This document shows, piece after piece, positions 6,945 through 17,101 of a stretch of 64,000 bases of DNA; position 1 is the first letter of the stretch, and each line of letters begins with the position of its first letter. Made by a program: the position numbers and the translations under genes. Source of the DNA: Pseudomonadota bacterium (lineage in GTDB: Bacteria > Pseudomonadota > Alphaproteobacteria > Caulobacterales > Caulobacteraceae); assembly GCA_048498155.1 (NCBI GenBank), contig JBEHYN010000007.1:7579-71578 (forward strand), written 5' to 3'. The notes under the pieces were generated by a model. The model ran no database searches. It worked only from the letters and a program-made list of their open reading frames with translations, and had not been told where the DNA came from.

Positions 6945-9430
6945 GGGGCTGACCTCCGATACTGAAACGGCATGCTGTCGACGACGCCGAGGATCAGGGA
7001 CGACCAGCGATAGTCGTCACGCGCCGCCCGACGCGTAATCGCGCGGACCGACGGCATGTCCGGGGCCTCCAGCCCGCGACCAAGCGCGTAGGTCATGAGC
7101 TTTTCGGTGACGGTTGTCGCGAAATCATCCTGACGGCTCGCCAGAAGCTGCTGAAGACCCTTGAATCCGTCAATCTTGGTTCCGTCCGGCAAGGCGCCGG
7201 AGGTGTCGACGGGCGCGCCGCCGTCCTGTGTGCGCCAGGCTCCGATCGCGTCGAAATTCTCCAGCGCGAAGCCGAGAGGGTCCATTCGCGCATGGCACGC
7301 CGCGCATGTCGGATTCTTGCGGTGCTGTTCCAGGCGCGCGCGCACCGACAGGGACTTGCCCCCGGTGGTGGAGTCGGGCAGCGCCGGCACGTTGGGCGGA
7401 GGCGGCGGCGGCGGGGACCCGAACATGTTGTCCAGCAGCCATTTTCCCCGAATCACGGGCGAGGTGCGGTGGGCGTAGGAGCTGACGGTGAGGATGCTGC
7501 CCTGACCCAGCACCCCGCCGCGCGTGCCCTGCGGCAAGGCCACGCGACGGAAGCGGGCCCCGTAGATGTTCGGGATGCCATAGTGTTTAGCCAGCCGTTC
7601 GTTGAGGAAGGTGTAGTCGGCCGTGATCAGCTCGATGGCCTTGCGATCCTCGCGCAGTTGGCTTTCGACGAACAGACGTGTCTCCTGCGTGAATCCCTGG
7701 CGAAGATTGTCGTCGAACGCCGGAAATAATTCGGGGACCGGCGAGGCGCGATCCAGCGTGCGCTGCGTCAGCCATTGGCCGAAGAAATTGTCCGCAAAGG
7801 CCCGGGAGCGATCGTCCCGCAGCATGCGTCTGACCTGTCGTTCCAGGATCGCCGGGTCATGCAGCTTGCCTCGCTTGGCCAGACCCAGCAGTTCATCGTC
7901 GGGAATGCTGCTCCACAGGAAGAACGACAGGCGCGAGGCAAGCGCAACATCACCCAGGCGGTGCACGGCGCCGGGCCGGACGCCGACAGGCTCAGGCTCG
8001 AAACGGAAGAGGAATTCCGGATCGACAAGGATGTACTCGATCACACTGCCGATGCCGCTCCAGTAGTCACCCCCGCGGCGGCCTTTGGCGTACTGCGCCA
8101 TGAGGGTCGTAACGTCTGCTTCGGTGGCGGGCCGCCGAAACGCGTGTCGGGCCAGGGTGCGGACGGTCTTCCTTGCGCAGGCGTCTTCGTTGCTCGGCCC
8201 GATGGCGCCGCACAGCTGAAGCTTCGAGACGCTGGACGGATTGAGAGCCGCCGCCTGGGATTCTGGGCGATCAGCACCGTCAGCAAGGGCGATGGAGACG
8301 CTGTGGATAGCGGCCTCGGGCTTCCACGAGGTAGAGGAGGTGTTCTGATCGATGGAAAAGCGGCGCCGCGAGTCAATGGTTTGGAGGGGCCCCTCGACTT
8401 CCCAGGGCCGGTCGATGAAGGACACGCCGATGGTGTGAGGGCCGCGCTTGACCGTCAGGCGCACCTCCAGGCCGTCATCCGCCTCCCGTTCGTACCGCTC
8501 CCACGCCGCGTCGCCATGAAGCTCGCCCGCATAGGTCAGCGGCGAGGCCCGTCCGGGCGCATCTCCACCGATCGTGAAGAGCTTGACCCGACCCTCGTCG
8601 AGGCGGACGTCGATCTGTTGGGGCTCGTCGAGGCCGCGAATGTATTCGTACAGCTGGCGCGCCAGCTTGATCTTGATCACGTACTGACCGTCGAATGGGA
8701 AGTCATGCTGTAAGGCGACGCCGCCCCGCGACCCGAACGGCAGATCCTCGCTCATCCGGGCGTCCTGGAACTTGAATTCCGGTACGGTGACGACTTCCAG
8801 CCCGACCTTACGTTCCTGGCCGAGGGCCATTCGAGCGACTGTCCGCGCGGCCGTGATGTAGCGATCGATCAGCGTTGGGGACACGGACAGGATGTCCGCC
8901 ATATTGTCGAACCCGAGGTCGGAATCGTCCTGCGGCAACAAGGTCCGGCTGTCGATCTTCACGCCCAGCAGATCGCGCACCGCGTTGGCGTATTCTGCGC
9001 GATTGAGGCGATGCAGCGTCACGCGCCCTGGGTCGGGGTTGGCTGCCGCAGCCCGGTCTAGCCTATCGGTAAGCGCCGAGACTGTACCTAGGGCCGCGGC
9101 CCGGTCCGGACGCGGGACCCCGACGGGCGGCATGGCGCCCGTCCGCAGCTTGCGGACCACTTTTTCCCAAATGGCGGCGTTGCCGGCGACGTGGTCCGGG
9201 TCCAACGCCGAAAGCGACAGTCCCGCAGTGTGTAGGCGGTCGTTGTGGCACCGGGTGCAGTACTGGTCGATCAGGGCGTGGGTCGGCGCGAGTGCGGTGG
9301 GGGATTGCGAGAGGGACGCCGGAGAACCGGTCGCCAGGGCTGCGGCGGGGGAAGGCGGGCATGTCACGCCGGCGGCAAATATCCCGAGGCCAGCGATCAC
9401 CGCAAGGCGTCTGCCGAATGCAGAGTTCAT
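6941..9430 (-). CDS. DUF1592/DUF1588/DUF1585/DUF1587/DUF1595-type protein with cytochrome-c-like CxxCH motifs
   Basis: 829 aa with a signal-like N-terminus. CTRCH lies near the N-terminus and CAACHARMDPLG near the C-terminus. GGGAGG precedes the ATG. Its stop overlaps the DUF1552 start (ATGA). Confidence 0.7.
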   Translation of the reverse strand: MNSAFGRRLAVIAGLGIFAAGVTCPPSPAAALATGSPASLSQSPTALAPTHALIDQYCTRCHNDRLHTAGLSLSALDPDHVAGNAAIWEKVVRKLRTGAMPPVGVPRPDRAAALGTVSALTDRLDRAAAANPDPGRVTLHRLNRAEYANAVRDLLGVKIDSRTLLPQDDSDLGFDNMADILSVSPTLIDRYITAARTVARMALGQERKVGLEVVTVPEFKFQDARMSEDLPFGSRGGVALQHDFPFDGQYVIKIKLARQLYEYIRGLDEPQQIDVRLDEGRVKLFTIGGDAPGRASPLTYAGELHGDAAWERYEREADDGLEVRLTVKRGPHTIGVSFIDRPWEVEGPLQTIDSRRRFSIDQNTSSTSWKPEAAIHSVSIALADGADRPESQAAALNPSSVSKLQLCGAIGPSNEDACARKTVRTLARHAFRRPATEADVTTLMAQYAKGRRGGDYWSGIGSVIEYILVDPEFLFRFEPEPVGVRPGAVHRLGDVALASRLSFFLWSSIPDDELLGLAKRGKLHDPAILERQVRRMLRDDRSRAFADNFFGQWLTQRTLDRASPVPELFPAFDDNLRQGFTQETRLFVESQLREDRKAIELITADYTFLNERLAKHYGIPNIYGARFRRVALPQGTRGGVLGQGSILTVSSYAHRTSPVIRGKWLLDNMFGSPPPPPPPNVPALPDSTTGGKSLSVRARLEQHRKNPTCAACHARMDPLGFALENFDAIGAWRTQDGGAPVDTSGALPDGTKIDGFKGLQQLLASRQDDFATTVTEKLMTYALGRGLEAPDMPSVRAITRRAARDDYRWSSLILGVVDSMPFQYRRSAP

Positions 9431-9848
9431 GGCCGGCCTCCCAATTCCGCCGTCCGCGCTTTTTTGTACAGTTGTTCACCGCGCTGATCGACAGACACAG
9501 CTTAGGGCGCCGGCGATGAAATTCAACGCACATGGGCAGTGGCGCTGGAATGTCGCACCATGTGAAGTTCGGGCGCCCCAAGGCTGTGGCAGCGCCCGTT
9601 GGCCGAGAGTTGCGGCTTGAACTGGTCTGAAGGCGGATGGGGGGCGTTGTCAGAAAGAGCGGAAAGCGGACGTTGGGAAGGTCGCAGATTTGGGAGAAAG
9701 GCGACGTTTGTTCCGTTCGGCCAGATCCCTGCCATCTGGGTCAAGCCCGCAGACGTTCACATAGCGAAGCGCTCAATTCCTCGCTGCGATCCCGGCTGCT
9801 AGACATGGGGCCCTATCAGCCGGGCCGCGAGCGGTCAGAGGGACAGAT

Positions 9849-12380
9849 TTGATGGCTATCGGGTCGTTCTGGAAGCAGCCGGCCGCTGACGCCGCGGCGG
9901 CCCTCGGCTGCGGTCTGACGGGCCTGACCGCCGCCGAAGCCGCAGAGCGGCTTGCGAAATATGGCCGAAACGCCGACGCGCAGGCGCGGGAAGCCGGGAT
10001 CATCGGCTCGGTTGGACGCCGACTGCTCGAACCCATGTGCCTGATCCTGATCGCCGCAGCTGTTGTGTCGGCGGCGACCGGCGACGTGCCGAGCGCCCTG
10101 ATCATTCTGCTGATCCTCGGTGCTTCGGTGACCTTGGACACGGTCCAGGAAGGCGGAGCCAAGAGGGCCGCAGAGGCCTTACGCAAGTCGGTGGCGCTCA
10201 ACGCAGAGGTCAAGCGAGACGGGGTGTTCGTGTCCGTCGACGCCGAAACCGTGGTCCCGGGAGACGTGTTCCGCATCACCGTTGGCGACATCATTCCCGC
10301 TGACGGCCTTGTGCTGGAGGCGAGTGCCTGCACCGTCAATGAGGCCGCTCTCACCGGCGAGCCCTATGGTGTGATCAAACGGCCCGGCTTGGTGCAGGCG
10401 GACACCGCTGCCGAGGCGAGCAACGCCCTCTTCCGCGGGGCCGTGGCCCAGACGGGCGAGGCCACGGCGATCGCGATTGGCACCGGCGCCAACACCCTCT
10501 TCGGCGAGGCGGCCAAGTCGCTCACCGCCGCCGCCGAAATCTCGCCGTTCCAGCGCGACCTGCGCCAGCTGGGGTTCCTGGTCGCCCGCGCGACTGCCGT
10601 CCTCGTGGTCGGCGTGCTGGCGGCCAACGTGGCATTCGGCCGGCCCTTGATCCAGTCGCTGATGTTCTCAGTGGCGCTGGCTGTGGGACTGACGCCTGAA
10701 TTGTTGCCGATGATCACCACCGTCACCCTCTCGCGAGGGGCGGTGCGGATGTCGCGAAAGAAGGTGATCGTCAAACGGCTAGCGGCGATCCATGACCTGG
10801 GCGCAATGACGGTGCTTTGCACCGACAAGACCGGCACATTGACCTCGGCCGAGATCGAGCTCGCCGGATCGCTAGCGCTCGGCGGGAAGTCGGACGAGCG
10901 GCCCTCTCTGCTCGCCGCCATTTGCGCCACCCTCGGAGGGGACAAGGGATCGCTCGATGACGCCCTCGCCAAGGCCAAACCCGACGCGGCGAGGGGCTGG
11001 ACTCGACGTGGACTGCTGCCGTTCGACTACCAACGGCGGATGGGCGCGGTGCTTGCCGATGGGCCGGAGGGACTGATGCTCATCGTCAAGGGGGCGCCAG
11101 AGGCGGTGTTAGCGGCTTGTGGGACAGCCGGCGGCGCACCTTTCGATGCGGCGGCGCGCAAGGCCGCCCTGACAAGAATTCAGGCCCTGAGCGCGCAGGG
11201 GTTGCGCGCCGTGGCCGTCGCGTCAAAGCCCTGGTCGGGCGAACCTCGCGACCCAACGGTGGAAGACGAGACCAGCCTCGCCTTCGAGGGCCTGTGTACA
11301 TTCGCCGACCCGCCCAAGGCCAGCGCGCCGGCGGCAGTAGCGAGGCTAGCCGCCGCCGGCGTCCGGATGGTGATTCTCTCGGGCGACGACCCTCTGGTCG
11401 TGGGACGCTTGGCCGGGATCGTCGGTCTGCGGGTCCAGAAGGTGATTACCGGAACCGACCTGAACGCGCTTAGTGTCGACGCCCTTAGAGTGCAGGTCCG
11501 CGACACCGACGTGTTCGCCCGCCTGGCGCCCGACCAGAAGGTGCGGATTGTCCACGCCCTACGCGCGGCCGGTGAGGTCGTGGGGTTCATGGGCGACGGC
11601 GTCAATGATGCGCCGGGCATCAAGGCTGCAGACGTCGGCTTGTCGGTCGACGGCGCCACTGGCGTGGCGCGGGCGGCGGCGGACATGATCCTACTCGACT
11701 CCGATCTGGCCGTTGTGGCCGACGGGGTGGAGGAAGGTCGGCGAACCTTCGCCAACATTCTGAAGTATGTGCGCATGGGCGCCAGCTCCAACTTCGGCAA
11801 CATGCTCTCGATGGCGGCGGCCTCGCTCTTCTTGCCCTTCCTGCCGATGCTGGCGACCCAGATCCTGCTCAACAATCTGCTCTACGACGTATCGGAGATC
11901 GGCATTCCGTTCGACAATGTCCGCTCCGCCGACATTGCGGGGCCGCAGCGCTGGCGTATGCGAGACATCGTCCGTTTCGCCGTGGTGATGGGGCCGTTGT
12001 CGTCGCTCTTCGACTTTGCCACCTTCGGCGCTCTATTCCTGTTGTTTCGTACGAGCCCTGAGGTGTTCCGCACCAGCTGGTTCGTGGAATCTATCGCGAC
12101 CCAGACCCTGGTGGTGTTTCTGATCCGTACCCGCGGGCGGCCCTGGCGCGACATGCCTAACCGTGTGCTGACCACTTCGACCTTGGCCGCCCTGGCGCTC
12201 GCCCTGGCGATTCCATTCTCGCCTTTGGGCGTATGGTTCGGGTTCCAGCCGCCGCCAGCGCATGTGACTCTTGCTTTGGCGGGCATCGTGGCCGCCTACC
12301 TCACCTGCGCCGAGTTGTGCAAACCCCTGGCGATAAGCACCGCTAGTCAGGTCGCGCGGCCGAACAAGAAGATCGGCTAA
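9849..12380 (+). CDS. mgtA: magnesium-translocating P-type ATPase
   Basis: 843 aa. DKTGTLT phosphorylation motif and GDGVNDAP. GRRTFANILKYVRMGASSNFGNMLSMAAASLFLPFLPMLATQILLNNLLYDVSEIGIPFDNV closely resembles the E. coli MgtA C-terminal region. GAGGGA precedes the ATG. Confidence 0.85.
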   Translation: MMAIGSFWKQPAADAAAALGCGLTGLTAAEAAERLAKYGRNADAQAREAGIIGSVGRRLLEPMCLILIAAAVVSAATGDVPSALIILLILGASVTLDTVQEGGAKRAAEALRKSVALNAEVKRDGVFVSVDAETVVPGDVFRITVGDIIPADGLVLEASACTVNEAALTGEPYGVIKRPGLVQADTAAEASNALFRGAVAQTGEATAIAIGTGANTLFGEAAKSLTAAAEISPFQRDLRQLGFLVARATAVLVVGVLAANVAFGRPLIQSLMFSVALAVGLTPELLPMITTVTLSRGAVRMSRKKVIVKRLAAIHDLGAMTVLCTDKTGTLTSAEIELAGSLALGGKSDERPSLLAAICATLGGDKGSLDDALAKAKPDAARGWTRRGLLPFDYQRRMGAVLADGPEGLMLIVKGAPEAVLAACGTAGGAPFDAAARKAALTRIQALSAQGLRAVAVASKPWSGEPRDPTVEDETSLAFEGLCTFADPPKASAPAAVARLAAAGVRMVILSGDDPLVVGRLAGIVGLRVQKVITGTDLNALSVDALRVQVRDTDVFARLAPDQKVRIVHALRAAGEVVGFMGDGVNDAPGIKAADVGLSVDGATGVARAAADMILLDSDLAVVADGVEEGRRTFANILKYVRMGASSNFGNMLSMAAASLFLPFLPMLATQILLNNLLYDVSEIGIPFDNVRSADIAGPQRWRMRDIVRFAVVMGPLSSLFDFATFGALFLLFRTSPEVFRTSWFVESIATQTLVVFLIRTRGRPWRDMPNRVLTTSTLAALALALAIPFSPLGVWFGFQPPPAHVTLALAGIVAAYLTCAELCKPLAISTASQVARPNKKIG

Positions 12381-12443
12381 GGGTGATTGCGGCTGTTGGA
12401 ACTTTCCGTGGGCCATACGATTGTAACGACAGAGGTGCTGACC

Positions 12444-12629
12444 ATGACCGCCACTAAAAAGCCCCACGACCAACCATCCGGCGTTACCGCTGTCAAAGGC
12501 GATGTAGTCATCTTGGGTCCTGACGGCGTGGATTTGTCGATGACCCCTGTCGCTGCTGAAATAACCGCTGGCAGGCTTGTTCGTGCAGCTCAGACTGCTG
12601 ACGGCCAGACGCGCCAAAAGAACCGGTAG
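12444..12629 (+). CDS. hypothetical small protein
   Basis: ORF 12387..12629. The internal ATG at 12444 is preceded by AGAGG. GC3 is lower than in neighbouring genes. No family recognised. Confidence 0.25.
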   Translation: MTATKKPHDQPSGVTAVKGDVVILGPDGVDLSMTPVAAEITAGRLVRAAQTADGQTRQKNR

Positions 12630-12722
12630 ATCGCGCCCACTCAGGGTGCTCAGTGGCTCGATTCTCGCAGTTAACCTCTGGACGGAAAGCGGACGTTTAG
12701 CCGCGCAAGATCGGGAAGCGAA

Positions 12723-15170
12723 ATGCGCGGCCGCCTGCGCAATCTGAACAGGCTGCGGCGCTCTGACCACCCCACCTCCAGAAGGTCCGGTCGGCGACGC
12801 TCCACCCGGCGTGCTAGGCTGCCGGTTCGATTCCTGGAACCCGCCCTTTTGTCCGACCTCCCCACCCCCCGCATCAGCGACCTGGCCCGGCCCTCGCCGC
12901 CGCCCGCCGACTTTCTCGACGGTCTGAATCCCGAGCAGCGCCGCGCGGTCGAGGCTACTGAGGGCCCCGTGCTGGTGCTGGCCGGGGCGGGTACGGGCAA
13001 GACGCGCGTCTTGACCACGCGGCTGGCGCATATCCTCGCCAGCGGGCGGGCGCGGCCGTGGGAGCTGCTGGTCGTCACCTTCACCAACAAGGCCGCGCGC
13101 GAGATGCGCGAGCGGATCACCCATCTGATCGGGCCCCAGGCCGAGGGCCTGCGCTGGCTGGGCACCTTTCACTCCGTCGCCGCCCAGATCCTTCGCCGCC
13201 ACGCCGAGCTGGTGGGGTTGAAGTCGAGCTTCACCATCCTGGACAACGACGACCAGGAGCGACTGATCAAGCAGCTGCTCGAGGCCGAAGGGATCGACCA
13301 GAAGCGCTGGACGCCGCGCCATCTGGCCGGGCTGATCGACCAATGGAAGAACCGCGGCTGGACCCCCGACAAGCTGCCGCCGGCCGAGGGGGCGCACTTC
13401 GCCAACAACAAGGGCCAGACGCTCTACAGCATGTATCAAGATCGGCTGCGGGTGCTGAACGCCTGCGATTTCGGCGACCTGCTGCTGCACAATCTGACGA
13501 TCTTCACCACCGCGCCGGACGTGCTGGCCGAGTTTCACGACCGCTTCCGCTACATTCTGGTGGACGAGTACCAAGACACCAATGTCGCCCAGTACTTGTG
13601 GCTGCGGCTGCTGGGCCAGAAGCGCCAGAACGTCTGCTGCGTGGGCGACGACGACCAGTCGATCTATGGCTGGCGCGGGGCGGAGGTGGACAACATCCTG
13701 CGGTTCGAGCGGGACTTTCCGGGCGCCGAGGTGATCCGCCTGGAGCGCAACTATCGCTCCACCGAGCACATCCTGGGCGCGGCCTCGGGCCTGATCGCGG
13801 CCAACAAGGGGCGGCTGGGCAAGACTCTGTGGACCGAGGCCAAGGGCGGCGAAAAGGTCCAGGTGCGCGGCGTATGGGACGGCGAGGCGGAAAGCCGTCT
13901 GGTGGCCGAGGACATCGAGCGGTGGAAGCGGTCGGGACGCAAATACCGTGAGGCGGCGATCCTGGTGCGGGCCTCGTTCCAGATGCGGGCGTTCGAAGAG
14001 CGCTTCGTGCTGCTGTCCATTCCCTATGTGGTGGTGGGCGGGCCGCGCTTTTTCGAGCGGGCAGAGATCAGGGACGCCCACGCTTATCTGCGGCTGATCC
14101 AATCGGAGGACGACGACCTGGCCTTTGAGCGTGTCGTCAACACGCCCAAGCGCGGCATCGGCGACACCACCGTGTCCAAGATCCTGCAGCTCGGCCGCAT
14201 GAACGGCATATCCGCCAGCACAGCCTCGCGCGGCCTGGTCCACACCGACGAGCTGCCCGCGCGCACCCGCACGGCCCTGTCCAACTTCCTGCGCGACCTA
14301 GACCGCTGGCGCCAACTATCGGCGGTGACGCCTCACCCCGAGTTGCTGGAAACTGTGCTGGATGAAAGCGGCTACACCGACGCCCTGCGCGCCGACAAAA
14401 GCCCGACCAGCCAGACTCGCCTTGAGAACCTCAAGGAGCTGGTTCAGGCCATGGGGGCGTTCGACGAACTGGGCGCCTACCTTGAGCACGTCTCCCTGGT
14501 GATGGATCTGGATCGAGACGCGGGCGACGACGCGGTGCAGATCTTGACCCTCCACTCGGCCAAGGGGCTGGAGTTCCCTCTCGTGTTCCTGCCCGGCTGG
14601 GAAGAGGGCGTATTCCCCTCCCAACGCTCCATGGATGAGAAGGGCGACAAGGGCCTGGAGGAGGAGCGCCGCCTGGCCTACGTCGGCATCACCCGGGCCA
14701 AGGAAGAGGCGCGCCTGTCCTTTGTGGCCAATCGCCAAGTCTATGGCCGCTGGACCAGCCAACTGCCCAGCCGCTTTGTGGATGAACTACCCATCGATCA
14801 TGTCCAGGCGGGCTCGGAGACCGGCTATTACGGCGGCGGTCCCGGCATGCAACAGACCGCCTCGCGCTGGGACGAGACGTCCAGCTTCGGCTCGGGCTAT
14901 TCCTCGCCCGGCTGGCAGAGGGCGCAGAACCGCGCGGGCGCCCGCGGCGTCTCCGAACCTTCGCGCTACCGCGCCCAGGTGATCGAGGGCGAAGGCCGGC
15001 TGGTCGCGGTGTCCGAGCCGGCCACCAGCGCCTTTTCACGCGGCGAGCGGGTGTTCCACCAGAAGTTCGGCTACGGCCTGATTAAGGCCGTGGAAGGCAA
15101 CAAGCTGACCGTAGCCTTCGACAAGGCGGGCGAGAAAAAGGTGATCGACAGCTTTGTCGAGAAGGCGTGA
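12723..15170 (+). CDS. uvrD: ATP-dependent DNA helicase, UvrD/PcrA/Rep family
   Basis: AGAGTGKT (Walker A), VDEYQDTN, VGDDDQSIYGWRGA, TLHSAKGLEF, YVGITRA. The first ~40 Arg-rich residues look untranslated, so the true start is probably further downstream (e.g. TTG at 12849). Confidence 0.9.
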   Translation: MRGRLRNLNRLRRSDHPTSRRSGRRRSTRRARLPVRFLEPALLSDLPTPRISDLARPSPPPADFLDGLNPEQRRAVEATEGPVLVLAGAGTGKTRVLTTRLAHILASGRARPWELLVVTFTNKAAREMRERITHLIGPQAEGLRWLGTFHSVAAQILRRHAELVGLKSSFTILDNDDQERLIKQLLEAEGIDQKRWTPRHLAGLIDQWKNRGWTPDKLPPAEGAHFANNKGQTLYSMYQDRLRVLNACDFGDLLLHNLTIFTTAPDVLAEFHDRFRYILVDEYQDTNVAQYLWLRLLGQKRQNVCCVGDDDQSIYGWRGAEVDNILRFERDFPGAEVIRLERNYRSTEHILGAASGLIAANKGRLGKTLWTEAKGGEKVQVRGVWDGEAESRLVAEDIERWKRSGRKYREAAILVRASFQMRAFEERFVLLSIPYVVVGGPRFFERAEIRDAHAYLRLIQSEDDDLAFERVVNTPKRGIGDTTVSKILQLGRMNGISASTASRGLVHTDELPARTRTALSNFLRDLDRWRQLSAVTPHPELLETVLDESGYTDALRADKSPTSQTRLENLKELVQAMGAFDELGAYLEHVSLVMDLDRDAGDDAVQILTLHSAKGLEFPLVFLPGWEEGVFPSQRSMDEKGDKGLEEERRLAYVGITRAKEEARLSFVANRQVYGRWTSQLPSRFVDELPIDHVQAGSETGYYGGGPGMQQTASRWDETSSFGSGYSSPGWQRAQNRAGARGVSEPSRYRAQVIEGEGRLVAVSEPATSAFSRGERVFHQKFGYGLIKAVEGNKLTVAFDKAGEKKVIDSFVEKA

Positions 15171-15231
15171 TGAAGGTTGCTGACTCCAATATTTTTGTTT
15201 CCGGACCTGTAAGCTCTGCTAACCCACGGTC

Positions 15232-16098
15232 ATGACCGACCAAGCGATTCAGATCATCGCCCGGGGGCCGCGCGCTGAAGTTGAAGCCGCCGCCCGAGCC
15301 GTTGACGCCGACACACTGCTGGAGAGCGTGACCTATTCGATCCTGGAGGAGGACGAGGCGCGCGATGTGTGGCGCATCGACGCCTTCCCGACCAGCGCGC
15401 CGGAAGCGGACGGGCTTGTCGCGACGCTGAAGGCTTTCGCGGGCCTGCAGGTCAAAAGCGAGCCCCTAGCCGACGCCGACTGGCTGGCCATGGCCCTGTC
15501 GGGTCTGCCGCCGGTGCGCGCCGGCCGCTTCTTTATCTACGGCGTGCATGATCGCGGCCGGGTCCCGCCCAACGCGGTCAATCTGCGGATCGAAGCGGGC
15601 GCGGCCTTCGGCACGGGGCACCACGGCACCACCGTGGGATGCCTGATGGCCTATGACCGCCTGCTCAAGGCCCGCCGCTTCGCCAAGGTGCTCGACGTGG
15701 GCGCGGGAACCGGGGTGCTGGCCATCGCCGCATCCCGCACAGGATCGCGCCGGGCGGTGGGCACAGATATCGACCCGGTGTCGGTGCGCATCTCGCGCGA
15801 GAACGCCCGGGTCAACGCCGTAGCCGCCCGCTTCGTGCATGCCTCAGGCCTGGGCCATCGGCTGGTGCGCGCGGACGCGCCCTATGACCTAGTGTTCGCC
15901 AACATCCTGGCCCGGCCCTTGGTGAGGCTGGCGCAGGACATCAAAGGCGCGCTTAAGCCCAGCGGCGTCGCCATCTTGTCGGGCCTGCTTCGCACCCAGG
16001 AACGCTATGTTCGCGCGGCCTATCTGTCGCGCGGCTATCGCCTGGCCTTCGCCCTGCGCCGCGACGCCTGGGCGACGCTGGTGTTGCGGCGACCGTAG
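15232..16098 (+). CDS. prmA: ribosomal protein L11 methyltransferase
   Basis: 288 aa. FGTGHHGTT and [14 protein letters not shown] motifs. Confidence 0.85.
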   Translation: MTDQAIQIIARGPRAEVEAAARAVDADTLLESVTYSILEEDEARDVWRIDAFPTSAPEADGLVATLKAFAGLQVKSEPLADADWLAMALSGLPPVRAGRFFIYGVHDRGRVPPNAVNLRIEAGAAFGTGHHGTTVGCLMAYDRLLKARRFAKVLDVGAGTGVLAIAASRTGSRRAVGTDIDPVSVRISRENARVNAVAARFVHASGLGHRLVRADAPYDLVFANILARPLVRLAQDIKGALKPSGVAILSGLLRTQERYVRAAYLSRGYRLAFALRRDAWATLVLRRP

Positions 16099-16135
16099 AT
16101 TTCCGCGATGAGCGGATGTTGTTTGGAGCCTGCCC

Positions 16136-17101
16136 ATGCCCAGCCCCCTCGCCGGCCGTCGTGTCGCCGTCCTGATGGGCGGGATCTCGCCTGAGCGGGA
16201 CGTCTCGCTGGTGTCGGGCGCCGCCTGCGCCGAAGCCCTAGAACGTCTAGGCGCCAAGGTCAGCCAGGTGGATGCCGGACGAGACATCGCCCAGGTCCTG
16301 ACGGCGCTGAAGCCCGACGCGGCCTTCAACGCCCTGCACGGCGCCTGGGGCGAGGACGGCTGCGTCCAGGGGGTGCTGGAGACCCTGGACATCCCCTATA
16401 CCCACTCCGATGTCCTGGCTTCGGCCCTGGCGATGGACAAGGTCAAGGCCAAGGCGGTGCTGGCCGCAGCGGGGGTCATCGTGCCCGGCGGAGGACTGTT
16501 CGACCGCCACGAGGCGGCAAACCGTCACGTCATGTCGCCGCCCTATGTGGTCAAGCCTAACGCCCAAGGCTCGTCGGTCGGGGTTTTTATTGTGTTGGAC
16601 GGCGCCAATTCGCCGCCGCGCGAACTGGCCGCCGAGAGCTGGACCTTCGGCGAAGAAGTTCTGGTGGAACCCTATATTCCCGGCAAGGAACTGGCCGTCG
16701 CGGTGATGGGAAATCGGGCGCTGACCGTCACCGAAATCGTGCCGCGTACAGGCTTTTATGACTACGAGGCCAAGTATGGCGATGGGGGGTCATACCACGT
16801 CCTGCCAGCGGAAATTCCGGCGGGGGCCTTCGAGCGCGCCCTGCGTCAGGCCGAGTTGGCGCACGCTGCTCTTGGTTGCCAAGGTCTTACACGATCGGAC
16901 TTTCGTTATGACGAATTTAACGACCTTTTGGTCCTGTTAGAGGTCAACACCCAGCCAGGCATGACGCCGACCTCGCTCGCCCCCGAGCAGGCGGCCCAGC
17001 AGGGCCTTTCGTTCGACGACCTGGTTCTGTGGATTTTGGAGGAGGCCTATGGCCGCGGTGATGCGAGGAGGAGCGGGCGTTCAGCCCAAGCCCCGGCCTA
17101 A
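16136..17101 (+). CDS. ddl: D-alanine--D-alanine ligase
   Basis: 321 aa ATP-grasp protein. Contains [16 protein letters not shown] and EVNTQPGMT. Lies immediately upstream of ftsQAZ. Confidence 0.95.
   Translation: MPSPLAGRRVAVLMGGISPERDVSLVSGAACAEALERLGAKVSQVDAGRDIAQVLTALKPDAAFNALHGAWGEDGCVQGVLETLDIPYTHSDVLASALAMDKVKAKAVLAAAGVIVPGGGLFDRHEAANRHVMSPPYVVKPNAQGSSVGVFIVLDGANSPPRELAAESWTFGEEVLVEPYIPGKELAVAVMGNRALTVTEIVPRTGFYDYEAKYGDGGSYHVLPAEIPAGAFERALRQAELAHAALGCQGLTRSDFRYDEFNDLLVLLEVNTQPGMTPTSLAPEQAAQQGLSFDDLVLWILEEAYGRGDARRSGRSAQAPA

Noticed and set aside
12824-12834. GGTTCGATTCC, a tRNA T-loop-like motif that might mark a tRNA fragment or att site upstream of uvrD
   Set aside because: The flanking bases do not form a T-stem, acceptor stem or the rest of a cloverleaf. 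No integrase is nearby. It is most likely chance.
12033-14243. 736-aa ORF on the minus strand
   Set aside because: It is entirely antisense to the well-supported uvrD gene. Its composition is Gly/Arg/Pro/Ala-rich and low-complexity, typical of shadow ORFs in high-GC DNA.
16917-16931. TTAA-N7-TTGG inside the ddl 3' end, as a possible CtrA site for an internal ftsQA promoter
   Set aside because: Only one half-site matches the consensus, so I cannot support it from sequence alone.
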